Below, piece by piece: positions 35,901-46,987 of a stretch of 64,000 nucleotides of DNA (position 1 is its first letter; each line of letters opens with the position of its first letter). Below the pieces are notes generated by a model that was given only the letters and a program-made list of their open reading frames with translations, was not told where the DNA came from and did not search any database. The DNA comes from Tubulanus polymorphus (Eukaryota; Animalia; Nemertea): NCBI RefSeq assembly GCF_964204645.1, contig NC_134031.1, positions 6,138,001-6,202,000 of the forward strand, given 5' to 3'. The position numbers and the translations under genes were made by a program.

Positions 35901-36922
35901 TTTTCTTTAAATGATGAATCGTTATCAATTCGGGGTCGAGTATTTCACCGACTGTTTTCTGTTTGCCTTTCCCCTGAGCCTTTGCTTGTCTTTTCATACG
36001 CGTTGCTTTGTAACGTTTTTTCGCATGAAGCTAAGAAATATAAAGATAAAGAGACTTTTAATAACAAGGTTTTAACCCTTTCAGTGCGTCTACGGTGTAT
36101 AAATCAGTGATAGATTTTTCTAGTACACCGCACTGCAGTGTATTGATGTAATTAGTACGGTAATTAGTAATTATCTCTCTTAAAAAATGGCAGCACCTGT
36201 CAAACGTAGTGAAATACTAACAACTAACGATACACCGTGCCGCAGTGTAGACGCACTATTGTGCTATTCCCATTACGGTATTCAACACACTAGGGTGGAA
36301 TTTTTAAAATTTTCAAATTACCTCCAGCACTATAGGGTGTTAATTAGTCAACACTGAAAGGGTTAAGTCTTGACGAAGATTCTGACCCCCAGCCTTTCAA
36401 TTTTCCTAGATCCGACCCTCAATAGGATCTGCCTACTATGTAAATCTATAAGTGCTGCTGGTCATGTGGAAGATGAAACAATTGCTTTCAGACCATTCCG
36501 CATTAAATTCGATCGAGCGCAGGCCGCTTGTATGCTAGAACTGGTCGCGGGAGACCTGGAACATCTGTCAGTCCAGGTGGTTTCAGACAAGGATGACTTA
36601 AATAAAGAACAAACTAAATTTTGGTATCGCGCGGTTTTCGACCTTGTCCTTGGGACGACGAAAGGTATCTTTCCTTGAATTTTTAAGTCGCGTACTTTCA
36701 AACCCAGATACGACGCTTATCAGAACGTGTAACGGCATAATATCAATATTTGGTTGTTGGATCTTGCGGTGGCGCCCAACCACAACCAGCAGGAAGGAAG
36801 TCAGATTGATTTAGAAAGTTGAATTCCGCGGTACAGGTAGGGATACTGACGAAGTAAAGGTCAGTCTTAACCTTAAAACTTACCGATTTAACATTGTTAC
36901 AGGCGTTACCGTGAATACCCAT
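32932..36922 (-). CDS. C11orf98: C11orf98 homologue (small basic protein, pre-60S associated in human), 4 exons, 163 aa
   Basis: Exons (minus) 36922-36884, 36030-35897, 35082-34985, 33152-32932 (492 nt). [30 protein letters not shown] matches human [29 protein letters not shown] as recalled. Intron 3 requires a GC donor. Confidence 0.9.
34381..34424 (-). ncRNA. inverted copy of the same hammerhead ribozyme (sense to the C11orf98 pre-mRNA)
   Basis: Exact reverse complement of 34445-34488. Confidence 0.7.
34445..34488 (+). ncRNA. minimal type I hammerhead ribozyme (U3-A8 variant)
   Basis: Stem I AGTTT/AAACT, core TTGAAAA plus an extra T, stem II GGCT/AGTC, GAAA, palindromic ACGT stem III, GTC cleavage triplet (C at 34483). 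Confidence 0.7.
36076..36362 (+). mobile_element. MITE family A copy with perfect TTAA TSD
   Basis: TTAA|CCCTTTCAGTG...CACTGAAAGGG|TTAA. Confidence 0.88.
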
Positions 36923-37251
36923 TTCTGAATTGGTTTTCGTTCAACGTTTCTATGATTTTCTTTGATTTACACATGGGTTGTGGAGGCTGACATATTTGTT
37001 GTGACGTAATCAGACAAGGACGGAATAAACGCTAATCGCGATGAATATATTTGAATTTATGAGTAAAGAAATTTTCATAAAGATATAATGTGATTAAGCT
37101 TAAAATTTTATTCGAATAAATTCTTTTAAAGATCCGCGCAGTTTTATTTCACGACAGTTCGAGTAGCTGCTGTATGTAGGTCGAACCAGGAAGTAAAAAG
37201 TTTGTGTGGCAAGTTTTGGAAAATCACACGCGAAAATCGCATCTAAAAATC
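36923..37251. promoter_or_regulatory. putative bidirectional promoter C11orf98/AGPAT
   Basis: 329 bp separate the divergent ATGs. CRE/ATF-like TGACGTAA at 37002-37009 and ETS-like CAGGAAGT at 37187-37194. Confidence 0.65.
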
Positions 37252-40200
37252 ATGGATGAATGCTGCTGGGGCGTTGTGGCAGTATTATTGCTACTGCCGA
37301 TTCTTTATGAATTTAGTACGACATTTAGATATTGGACGAAGTTTTTTTTCTACTATTTAATCACGATGATAGTGGGAATTGTACTCGTTCCAATCTGCTT
37401 AGTCCGGCCGAAAAACATCGACAATTACAGGTCGGTTTCTCTTTTTTGCGGGTTTTTTCACGATCAGATATTTTCAAAAGCTACATAAGGCTATTGCCCG
37501 TCCGATTATATACGCTTTAGGCTAAAATGAAACGTCAAACGATACCTTTTTTCTCTTCTAAACGGCCGGGTCATTTTGTAAACTGCAATAAAATCTGTAA
37601 TCTGTTTGTTTCTAAAACTGACGGGGTCTGTTTTATGGTTCGCTTCAAGTAGGCTGCTGCCCAGGTCAACTTTTAAGCTCAGCAGAAATGAGAAACAAGG
37701 TATCAATGGTACCACACCATACTAAGCTTAGCACCTTTATCATATTACTGTTATATAAGTAATGCTAAGCTTTTTTCTCCCTATATTGAGCCTCAGGTGC
37801 AAATGTTAGCCTCTGACTGACTCTTCTATCATATTTTAGAGATTTGTGCGCACTGGCATGCATGCGCAAGTATCTTTTGAGGCCATTAAATGATACCCCT
37901 GTTTCCCATCCTCTGGACTTCTTTATTTTTATTACATTTCTCTTTCAAAATATGAATAGAAACTAATTGGTTGGCTTTGAAGGAACAATAAATTACATCC
38001 TCCTTTTCTTGGTATTTCCATTTACTATCATCAAATCGTTTGTTCACTTTCTGCATGGAATGAAAATCTTTATCGTAAAGAATCGGAATGAAAATCTTTA
38101 TCGTAAAGATTTTCTTTTCTTTCTGATAACATGTATAGCCTATCTGTCATAATAATATGTCAGTGCCACTAATCCTGGGTGAGTACATTGATGAAATGAT
38201 AGGCCTGCAAATCATTTATTTTCAATTTCAGATTTATACGTTTTCTGCTGAAGACTTCGTTGAAATTGTTCAACATAAAAACTGAAGTGAGAGGAGGTGA
38301 ACATCTTCAAACAGACAAACCATATATCATTGTTTGTAATCACCAAAGTTCACTGGATCTTATAGGTCAGTTTTTCACTGAGTCGCTTTCCTTTTGAAAA
38401 TTATTATTATCAATCGAATGATTAAACAATACTTAACAGATAGAGAAAATACAGGGCTGCAGTTGCTAAAAAGTTGGAGTAAACCAGTGGATAGTTGACA
38501 TTGTGACAATTGAAAGTTCATGGTTGCTATGGTATTCTGATGATTATCTTCAACCAACCTTTGAGCAACTGGTCCCAGTATTATGGAGATATGTCTGTCT
38601 ACCCAGTAATTGATTTGCTTATTCCGGAAAGAAATTGAATACGGGGATTTAAAAAGTGTGAATCCATCATCTTCTGTTACCTTTTGAAATTTGTTGATCA
38701 TGTATCAACAAGTTCAATTTGTATATTGATTTGTGTAGATTTCAATTCATGTTGTGGTTAGGATAGGTCTATATTAAATAGGTGCGAAGGAAGGGTCTGG
38801 GGGCAGAAAATCTAAGACTTATTTTAGTGACTTTTCAGGGCATCTGATCTCATTATCTACGTTATAGCAACTGTGTGAAACTATAAATGTAATTATAAAA
38901 CATATTTGAAAAATTGGGGCCAGAAAAAAAAGGTCACTCGGATTATTTTAAGGGGTATGCAACCCCTGTGCCCCTCTGGATCGGCCCCTGACTTTAGCGT
39001 TAAATACAGCTATAAACCATGCACTCTTTTCTCTATCTTACAGGGATGATGGATATCTGGCCTGATCGATGTACGACTATTGCAAAGAAGGTACTCAAGT
39101 TCGCCGGTCCATTTGGTCTAACTGCTTACCTGTCGGGAACTATATTCATCGACAGGCTCAATCATGAACGAGCGAAGGGAACAATGGATGAAACTGCGAA
39201 GAAGATAAAAAATGATAAGGTATAAATAACAGTATTTTGTGTTCTAAACTAGTTACTCAACGTGAAGTTATCAACATACTACCTGGACACACAGCCCTCA
39301 GACAACTGATACTTTCATAAGTGTTTTTCTTATTGCGTCATGTCATTCTTCCAATTTTTGATCATCAAGGCTTCACCCGTGTCCGCAGGACGTTAGACAC
39401 CCGAAACAATTTTAATTGATATGGAAAAATGAGCGACCATACTATCACGAGAAATTATTCATTTTGTCACCAAATTTTAAAGACTGATAATCAAGACTTC
39501 ACATAACTATTGTTAATGTCTGAAGAGGTCGTTCCGGACAACAAATTGATAACTGCTTAACACATAAGACCAAATAAACATATTTATGTGTTCTACCTGT
39601 TATCAGTACCAAGGGATACAGTATATACCGATAAGAATGCGAAAGAACATTACAAGTTTTAACATATTCAAACATATATTTAACATATTCAGATGTTTTT
39701 TAACTCGGTTTCTTCCTAGATAAAAGTGTGGATTTTTCCTGAAGGCACCAGAAACAATGATGGTGCCATGCTTCCATTCAAAAAAGGTGCATTCCATTTG
39801 GCTGTACAAGCACAGGTACGTGGGTAACCCTCTCTCCCACGCATATTCAAGTCCAATGAATTATACATATTTTTTCTCGGTTACCGCACGTAGAATCTCT
39901 TCTTTATTCAGATACCTGTCATGCCTGTGGTATTTTCATCGTATTCGGGATTTCTCAGTAAAAAACCAAGGAAATTCGGTACCGGTAAGTTTATCCATAT
40001 ACACAGCCAGAGAATAGGGTAACTGTGTTTAGCTCCGCTGTGACCAAAGGTCTGGTGGGTTATAGTTTTTTGAGGAAAGTATCAACATGTTTTTACTTAT
40101 AGTCTTGATATTCAATATTTGCTTGCACTGTCATTGGACATATCTTACATGGAATTGGGCTGGCCCGGAGTAATGTTCTCGCCACCAGGGGAGTTAAATG

Positions 40201-40747
40201 TTCAAGTGAATTAAATATTTCAATTTATATTGGTACATATTCTGTAATCATAATCATTACCATAGTTGTTGTAGATAATGACACTTTCGTGGTGTTTATC
40301 AATGTCTGCATACTTTCACCGGGTATGTTAAATGGTGAAATTACATAGTATTTCAATTCATGTAGGGACCTATTCGTATTTAGTTTCCCTGTATAATTAC
40401 AAACAAGTAGCTTATGACAAGTTCTACGATTGTGGCGAAATTTAACACCATTGCTTTCTGAATACGTCGAAGGGGGTATTAATGAATATTGAAATTGTTA
40501 GATTGTCGAGCATTTCTGACCACTTTTCAAGAAGGCACGGTGTCCCCGGACCCGTATTTTTACTATTTCTTTCATTCGATTTCTAGGTAAAGTGATAATA
40601 ACTTGCTTGCCTCCGGTTTCGACGGACGGTCTAAACAGCAGCGACGTCTCGGAGCTGACCGAGAAAATTCGTAATTCGATGGTCGACGCTTTTAACAACA
40701 CCTCTAGCGAAGTGTCTCCACAAGCTGCCTCGCCCGACGCGAAGTGA
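37252..40747 (+). CDS. AGPAT1/2: 1-acyl-sn-glycerol-3-phosphate acyltransferase (LPAAT alpha/beta type), 6 exons, 272 aa
   Basis: Exons 37252-37430, 38232-38365, 39044-39219, 39720-39815, 39912-39984, 40587-40747 (819 nt). Acyltransferase motifs NHQSSLD, FIDR, FPEGTR, PFKKGAF and IPVMPVV. Internal exon sizes 134/176/96/73 match those I recall for AGPAT2. Confidence 0.96.
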
Positions 40748-43700
40748 TATCCCCCGATGCCTGGTTTTATAAATCCTGCCAAATAGATACCACTAGTTTG
40801 ATGCAATTATTATGTAATTATTTCGTTGATTAATTTTCTTTTATATACTACACATTACTCACTGGATTTAGTTCTCAGCGGCTGCTGGTCACTGGAGAAC
40901 AGTTGTTGAAAACGCGTACAATCAGTTGAAATGGGGTACTGGCACACTGCTACTGTGGCGATCTCAGAATTCAACTTGTGGCAGGCGAGGTAGTTCACAT
41001 TCAGTTTCTTTTACATTTCCAAACAACGAATTGAAAATTCGATTGTATTTTTGCATGTATTTTGTTAATGTTCGGATTTGGGAGTCTGAACCCAGTTGAA
41101 TATGAACTAATTTGACTAGACGCATTACCAACCGTAATCGGCGCATCTTGTGGGATAACTGTTGTGTGTCCAGTACCCCCCTTTAATCAAAAATTGATCT
41201 ATTAAATGATGGATCCACAGATTTAAGTAAATCATTTCATCTATTTTCCAACCTTTGCTCACATATTTTTAGTTCTATTGTGGATGTATGATTATCATGT
41301 AAGATCAAGACTAAAGAGAATAGTTACATTTCTTTATATTTCTGAGGTTTTGGATCCATTGTACATACAGATCTTCGTCAGTATTATACATGATATAAAA
41401 AGATACTTAAAGTCTCTATGTATTTTGATGATATTGATAAACAGTATATCAGTTAACAATGAACAACATAACTTTGTAATTACATTATGAAGGAAAGCAT
41501 AAAGCAGTAATCCCCGCTTAATCCGGATCATTTGGGACCAACGATATTAATCTGGCTTATGAGAAATCTGGATTTAAAAATCATACCCGTATTTTATATC
41601 TATATCCAGATTAAACCGATTTGCATTGAGCGGGGTTGACTGCATGTACAAGACAGGAAAGCTGCGACATGACATTTTAACTCACATTTTTTCAATGAAC
41701 AGACTTCTTACCAGTATAGTATATAAGCCATCATTGTGCCTGTCCCCTGACTGAATTGTAATCTGTGAATTAGTTTATGGTTGATTCGAGACTTTCTGAT
41801 ATTATTTCATGGTGTTGATGAAAATTGATCATCAGCCATCATCCTGTTTGATTTTTCTTTAGATTTTGTAAAGCATAATTATTTTATCTTTTAATCATAA
41901 ATCAATTGTCTATTATTAGAAACAGTATATCGAAAGTTGATATGATAAAGAAGTTTGACTGAATTGTTTATGGGTTTCATGTAATTTTATAATGATGATA
42001 ACAATTTGCATTGGCATTCCTTAATTAATTGACTTTGGCTTAAGATTAAACTGCTGTTATATTTAACGCAAGACATAGATCAGTTTAAAAGGGCAGAAAA
42101 AAGGGTTAAAGTATAGGCCACAAAATCCTCAAATCCTCAGTGGGGTAGCACTCTGAGAAAGTTCACCCATAAGCTTTTTGTATACATTGCACTTGGTTCT
42201 TTGCGTATACATTGTACTTAGTTCTTTCTTGGAGTAATCAGTCCAATTACTGCAAGGTTCTCTGTGCTTAGTCAATTTCCTAATGATATATGTAATCAAG
42301 CCGCAAAAAAACCCGGTACTAGATGGAGGTATAGAGTTTTTTTTATGACACGAGAGCAATGATACTCACTTTAATCTATTCTCTCTAGTACAAATGGAAT
42401 ACATGGATATATAAGTTTAGTATGAAAATTTCAATGGCTTTTTTGTCCAGTGAATAAGATCGACTTGATTTTTTGTGATGACATGTTGTTCTTTCTAATA
42501 AATTTGTTATTAAATTCATAAGAATAAATCTAATGTTTAGAAAAAATGTTTTTTTTTTTCATTTTATGAAGTATCGTCAAGTATCTTTTTCGATAGAATT
42601 TTTTAGTGCAGTTGAAACCCTGCCAGACTTGACTTAGGCCTAAGGTTTGATGTACAGGAGAGTGCTGCATTCTTTTTCATGTCATTGGTGGATTTTTCAA
42701 GCCTGTGCCGAGTGGGGGTTCGGGGGTAGCGAACGAGCCCCCTAAAATATTCAAAGTGCCCTTCAAACTCAGTGTAAAAAAATTTGGGTCAAGATTTTGC
42801 GAAATTTTCATACAATTATCGTTTTTTTTTGGAAAATGAAAGTAATCCATTTTCAAATAATTCAGTTATCTGCGCACTTCATATTTTAGAAGTGTCATTT
42901 TTCACAGTAAAGATTGCCCTTTTTCTTAAATAGAACTGCCCCTCAAAAAAGCTTGGTACAGGCCCGCTTTTTTGGTATACTGGATAACCTGGTGCTTAGG
43001 TTTAGGAAGCCAATGAGTAGGAGCTATGATGGCTATGGGATCTGTTTCACTGAAGAAGGAATACAGCTTACAGTAAACTCTGCTCCAGTCTGATCTTTTT
43101 GGAGTGAAAAATAGTTCACTGCGAGTGATATCCGAGATGGATGTTGTATACAAAATGTAATTCAAGTATCCAGAGCTGCCAACTAACTGTTCCTGATTTT
43201 AAGTATTTGTCACTCTTTTATTACGCGAAATACTGTTTTGATTTGTTTGATGCATACAGAAATGTGAAAGATGTTACTGAGGGTCTTACTATTGGAATAA
43301 TTTGAACATTTTCTTTCACATTTCATCTTGAAATGTTACTGAAAAGAATTCTATTTGTTACTGATTTCAGAGGTTGGCAGCCCTGAATATTGGGTCAGAA
43401 AAATAGTAAAGGGTAAAAAATTATTCCCAGTTGATCGTTTCTAATTTAGGTGAAATCTACTGTATTAACGCTACCCACAAGTTTTTGATCCTTATGCATG
43501 ACTAGTCGGAGAACTCCACTGTGTAAGAATATCGATATTACAAAATACTTGACGATTCTAAACAGGAAGAGAAAAGGAATGTTATTAATCTTATTCCAAA
43601 TTTGTTTTATTCTCAATGACATACAGGTATATTATAAATATATTATTTAATATACTGACAGTATGATGCATGTATTACATTTGATTTAGGTGAATCAGAT

Positions 43701-44713
43701 AGGAATAAGGTCTACATATAACAACAAAGTGCTTACCCTTGTCCCAAATGTACGTGTTACTTTTGTTCCAGGAAATTTGTTATAATACAGCATCTGACAC
43801 GAATAACCTTTATGGGGGTCTTGCGCGTGAACTAGAAGGTAATGAGGTTGTTCTTCATCTATATGTAAACTGGCCAAAGTTCAAGACAAAAATGGAAGGC
43901 ATTCCAGTCGGACAAGGCCAAACAAACAGAACGATATGATAGTTTGATTGAGTTTCCACAGAATAAAATGAAGATTATTACAATTCACTAGTATTATAAT
44001 TGAGTACAATTATTGCCAATAGTAAGGAAGTTTTTTGTTTCTGATTTCTTAAAAACCTTAATTATGAATTGACATGTCCTATCTTAATGATACCTACAGA
44101 TTCAATACAATTGCATGTAGTAAATCCAAGGCATGTAGAATAGTTAACAACCATCATCTGTTTACAGGGTTGCCAGCAGTCAAACTTGGGCAGAGTTAGC
44201 ACTTCTAGGCACTTTTTTGACTGAAAAGTAAGCACTTTCCAAGCTATTTACCAGCTAAAATCACAGTGTTATCACACACAGAATCGCCAAAAGCAAGTGC
44301 TTGTCAAATGATGTGTTAACATTTTCACATTCATTCAATTTTTCTTTGAAATACCAGAGCAACCAGCATAATTTTCAACCATCTTTATGAAAAGTCAAAA
44401 ACACACCATTTCATGAACAAAATCAAGGTATAGTCAGGGAATTTAGAAAAAATGCTAAAAGTCAGGGGAATTTGTTGAGATTGCCACATCACTTGTATAA
44501 TCAAACAGTTTCCCTATATGTCTTACGATGTATTTGACTGAGTTAATTGACTGGATTCTTAGCAGGTCAAGTCGGGAAAAACAAATTTAAGTCAAATGAA
44601 AGTGGCCACCCTGGAAGAGTAAGCGCCTTTTAAGAGCTTTTCTAAATTAAGACTTGGCCGACAACCCTGGTACAGGTGTATAGTATTTTCGTCATTATAA
44701 CATAAAAATCTTT

Positions 44714-45286
44714 CTATGCACTCAAATTTTGTACGACTTTGTGCGCGTTCTCCAACTTCGCGATTAAACCGCGCAATTCGTTCGCGTCCAATTCCACGCT
44801 CGTTACGTCTTTGCAGCCGTCCGTATCCAGCGTGTACAAGTCTAAATTACACAACGGTTCGTTAACGTTAACGAGTTTACTACTCGACATCACTAATTTC
44901 ACTTTCCAGTCGAAATCTTTTAAACTCCGGTGAGAAATGGCGACCGTGTTTTCGTTCAGTCGTTTCTTTATTTCGTCGCCGCGAATTAAGACCGCGTCGA
45001 TCAGCGCGTTGTTGCGTAATTCGGCTGCGATACTTTCGCGCGCCTGCTCGGCCGTCGTGTATCCGGATTTCACGATTATTTTCGTGACATCTTTGATTTT
45101 GTCGGTGATTTCCCACCATTCTTCTAGCGACCAAATTTTCGCATAATCCTGATATCGAGGCGCCGGGTTTCCTAACGACTGATCGATCACCGCGTTCACG
45201 AACGCCGTCTGTTTTTCCTCAGGACATTTTTCTATCATAGTCACGAGCGAATTTTCCCGCGATGACGCCGAATCTTCGGAAGCCAT
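44714..45286 (-). CDS. COMMD8: COMM domain-containing protein 8, single coding exon, 190 aa
   Basis: PRYQDYAKIWSLEEWW and IRGDEIKKRL..VAISHRSLKDFDWKVKLVMSSSKL..LIAKLENAHKVVQNL match COMMD8. ATG at 45286 (AAAATGG) is preferred because the upstream ORF extension crosses a pyrimidine-rich acceptor (about 45310-45340). Confidence 0.92.
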   Translation of the reverse strand: MASEDSASSRENSLVTMIEKCPEEKQTAFVNAVIDQSLGNPAPRYQDYAKIWSLEEWWEITDKIKDVTKIIVKSGYTTAEQARESIAAELRNNALIDAVLIRGDEIKKRLNENTVAISHRSLKDFDWKVKLVMSSSKLVNVNEPLCNLDLYTLDTDGCKDVTSVELDANELRGLIAKLENAHKVVQNLSA

Positions 45287-46439
45287 TTTCTGTTCAGTAG
45301 TTGTTATAATTCTGCAACTGCAAGAATTAAAGAACAAAATTACCATTCTAGTTTTGTCGCTTCACATAAGAGTACCAGGTAAGTACCAGGTTTATCAGTT
45401 TGATTACAGTTTAATAATGTTCCCACCTAGAGTAGTTAATTACCAGTAGGCCCTACCTAATTATTGGTGGTAAGCTTTTATAGTTTTATAATCAGATTGG
45501 CTTACACAAACTTGTGAAAATATCCGATCATGACACTAAACCACAGACAGGTTACTGACTGGGTCCTTGTACAAAGGAACCACGGCACAAAGCCTAAGGC
45601 CAGGCTCAAAATTTTTATATTTTTTGGCCCCAGTCGTTAAGAACTTAAGAACAGTGTGGATAGAGGATATCGTAGTCTGAATGCTGGTCGTTGTTCAGGT
45701 GCAGATCCAGACTATCGCACATGCAGCACCTGCGGTAGCCGCAGTTTTTAAATGCCCTTGAAAAATTTATGTTTCGGGAAAAAAGTAAATAAAAGGGCAC
45801 GCAATTCGTGAGCCATGAAAATAATTGCCTTTCTGTAGTAGGCCTAAAGCAAAATGTGAATGAAAATACATATTCCTCGAAATCAAAAAAGGCAATCTAA
45901 GGCACTCTCCTTTGCTCAATAGGGCACTATTAAAAGATAAATTATTGTTGCTCTATAAGATTAATCGAAAAAGGGCAAATTTTGACGAAAATCTAAAAAA
46001 GGCACAAGCAAATTGAATGGCAGGCAAATTTAGTGGCATGATACCAATAAATGGCACTCAAAGACAAAGTCAAACTCGCTCACTGGGCATTAATACTGGG
46101 TTTTTTCAAAGTTGGTGCCTTTTTTCGCTGTTGTGCTGTAGTCATTGAATGGCCCTAGATCCGCACCTGAGCCCGTTGTTACAGGCTCTCTAACAACTGG
46201 CCAGGTACTAGACTAACGATACAGGGATCCAAAACATTTTATGCCAGGCTCCTATAAGCAGGTAAGTTTGGGAGCCACCCAAGGCCAAATTCTTGAAAAA
46301 GGATTGTGTTTACTGTTTTGGTGTACAAATTTTTGGGGGGTTTGTTGGTTTGTTAGAAGCAGGGGTTTTCTGGTAATGGTAAATCATTATTGCAAGCAGG
46401 AGGAATGTGACTATATTTCAGTAAATTAAGATATTCGTA

Positions 46440-46700
46440 CTTAATCCGGGATCAATCTTGAGTCCGCCACAAAACACGAAAAATATTGAAATTGTCAAAA
46501 AAACTTAAACCCGGAAGTATTTTACTTCCTGGTTTGCTAGCTTACACCGCTTGGTGGCAGCACATTACGGATTAAAATTTACACAAAAATTATGCTTTTT
46601 TCCATGAAATTGGAGTATATGAATCGCTGATTACCGCTTTATATAAATAACAACATGTATTAGCATTAGTTCACGGGGTATATGGAATATCCAGTGAATA
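46440..46700. promoter_or_regulatory. putative bidirectional promoter COMMD8/zinc-finger gene with inverted ETS dyad
   Basis: AAACCCGGAAGTA-TTT-TACTTCCTGGTTT at 46507-46535 forms two inverted GGAAGT sites. CTCF-like CCGCTTGGTGGCAGCA at 46547-46562. Lies between divergent genes. Confidence 0.6.
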
Positions 46701-46987
46701 TTAGGTAGCTTAATAGTGAAAGACGGATTAAAGCACTGTTTGATTTTCTGCTGTCAAAAATCAATTCAATTCAAATTGACAAATGTTAACCAGTTTGTCC
46801 AAAAAACAAAAATATCGAGTTTACTTTATTCTTGGGCCTTTTGTATGCGATTTTGGTGCCAACCTTTAATATGAAAACTGTTGAACCCAATTAGAAAAAG
46901 ATTTTGTTGTGCAAATTGAATGGAAAAATATGTATCGAATCTGTCATTTTGTTTTCAGTGACACAAAAACATATTCGGCGTTTGATC

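Noticed and set aside
36370-36678. 102-aa + strand ORF in C11orf98 intron 1
   Set aside because: Non-ATG start, no homology I can recognise, and no supporting gene structure.
35105-36792. Assignment of the structured intronic elements to RNase P/MRP, 7SK or telomerase RNA
   Set aside because: Only partial motif resemblances in the wrong order; no CUAACCCU template and no paired GAUC motifs. Left unassigned.
37840-37893. Possible alternative AGPAT exon 2
   Set aside because: Lacks the NHQS motif, reaches a stop quickly, and has no convincing donor.
45287-45346. N-terminal extension of the COMMD8 ORF
   Set aside because: Runs through a pyrimidine tract and acceptor; the downstream ATG fits the family length.
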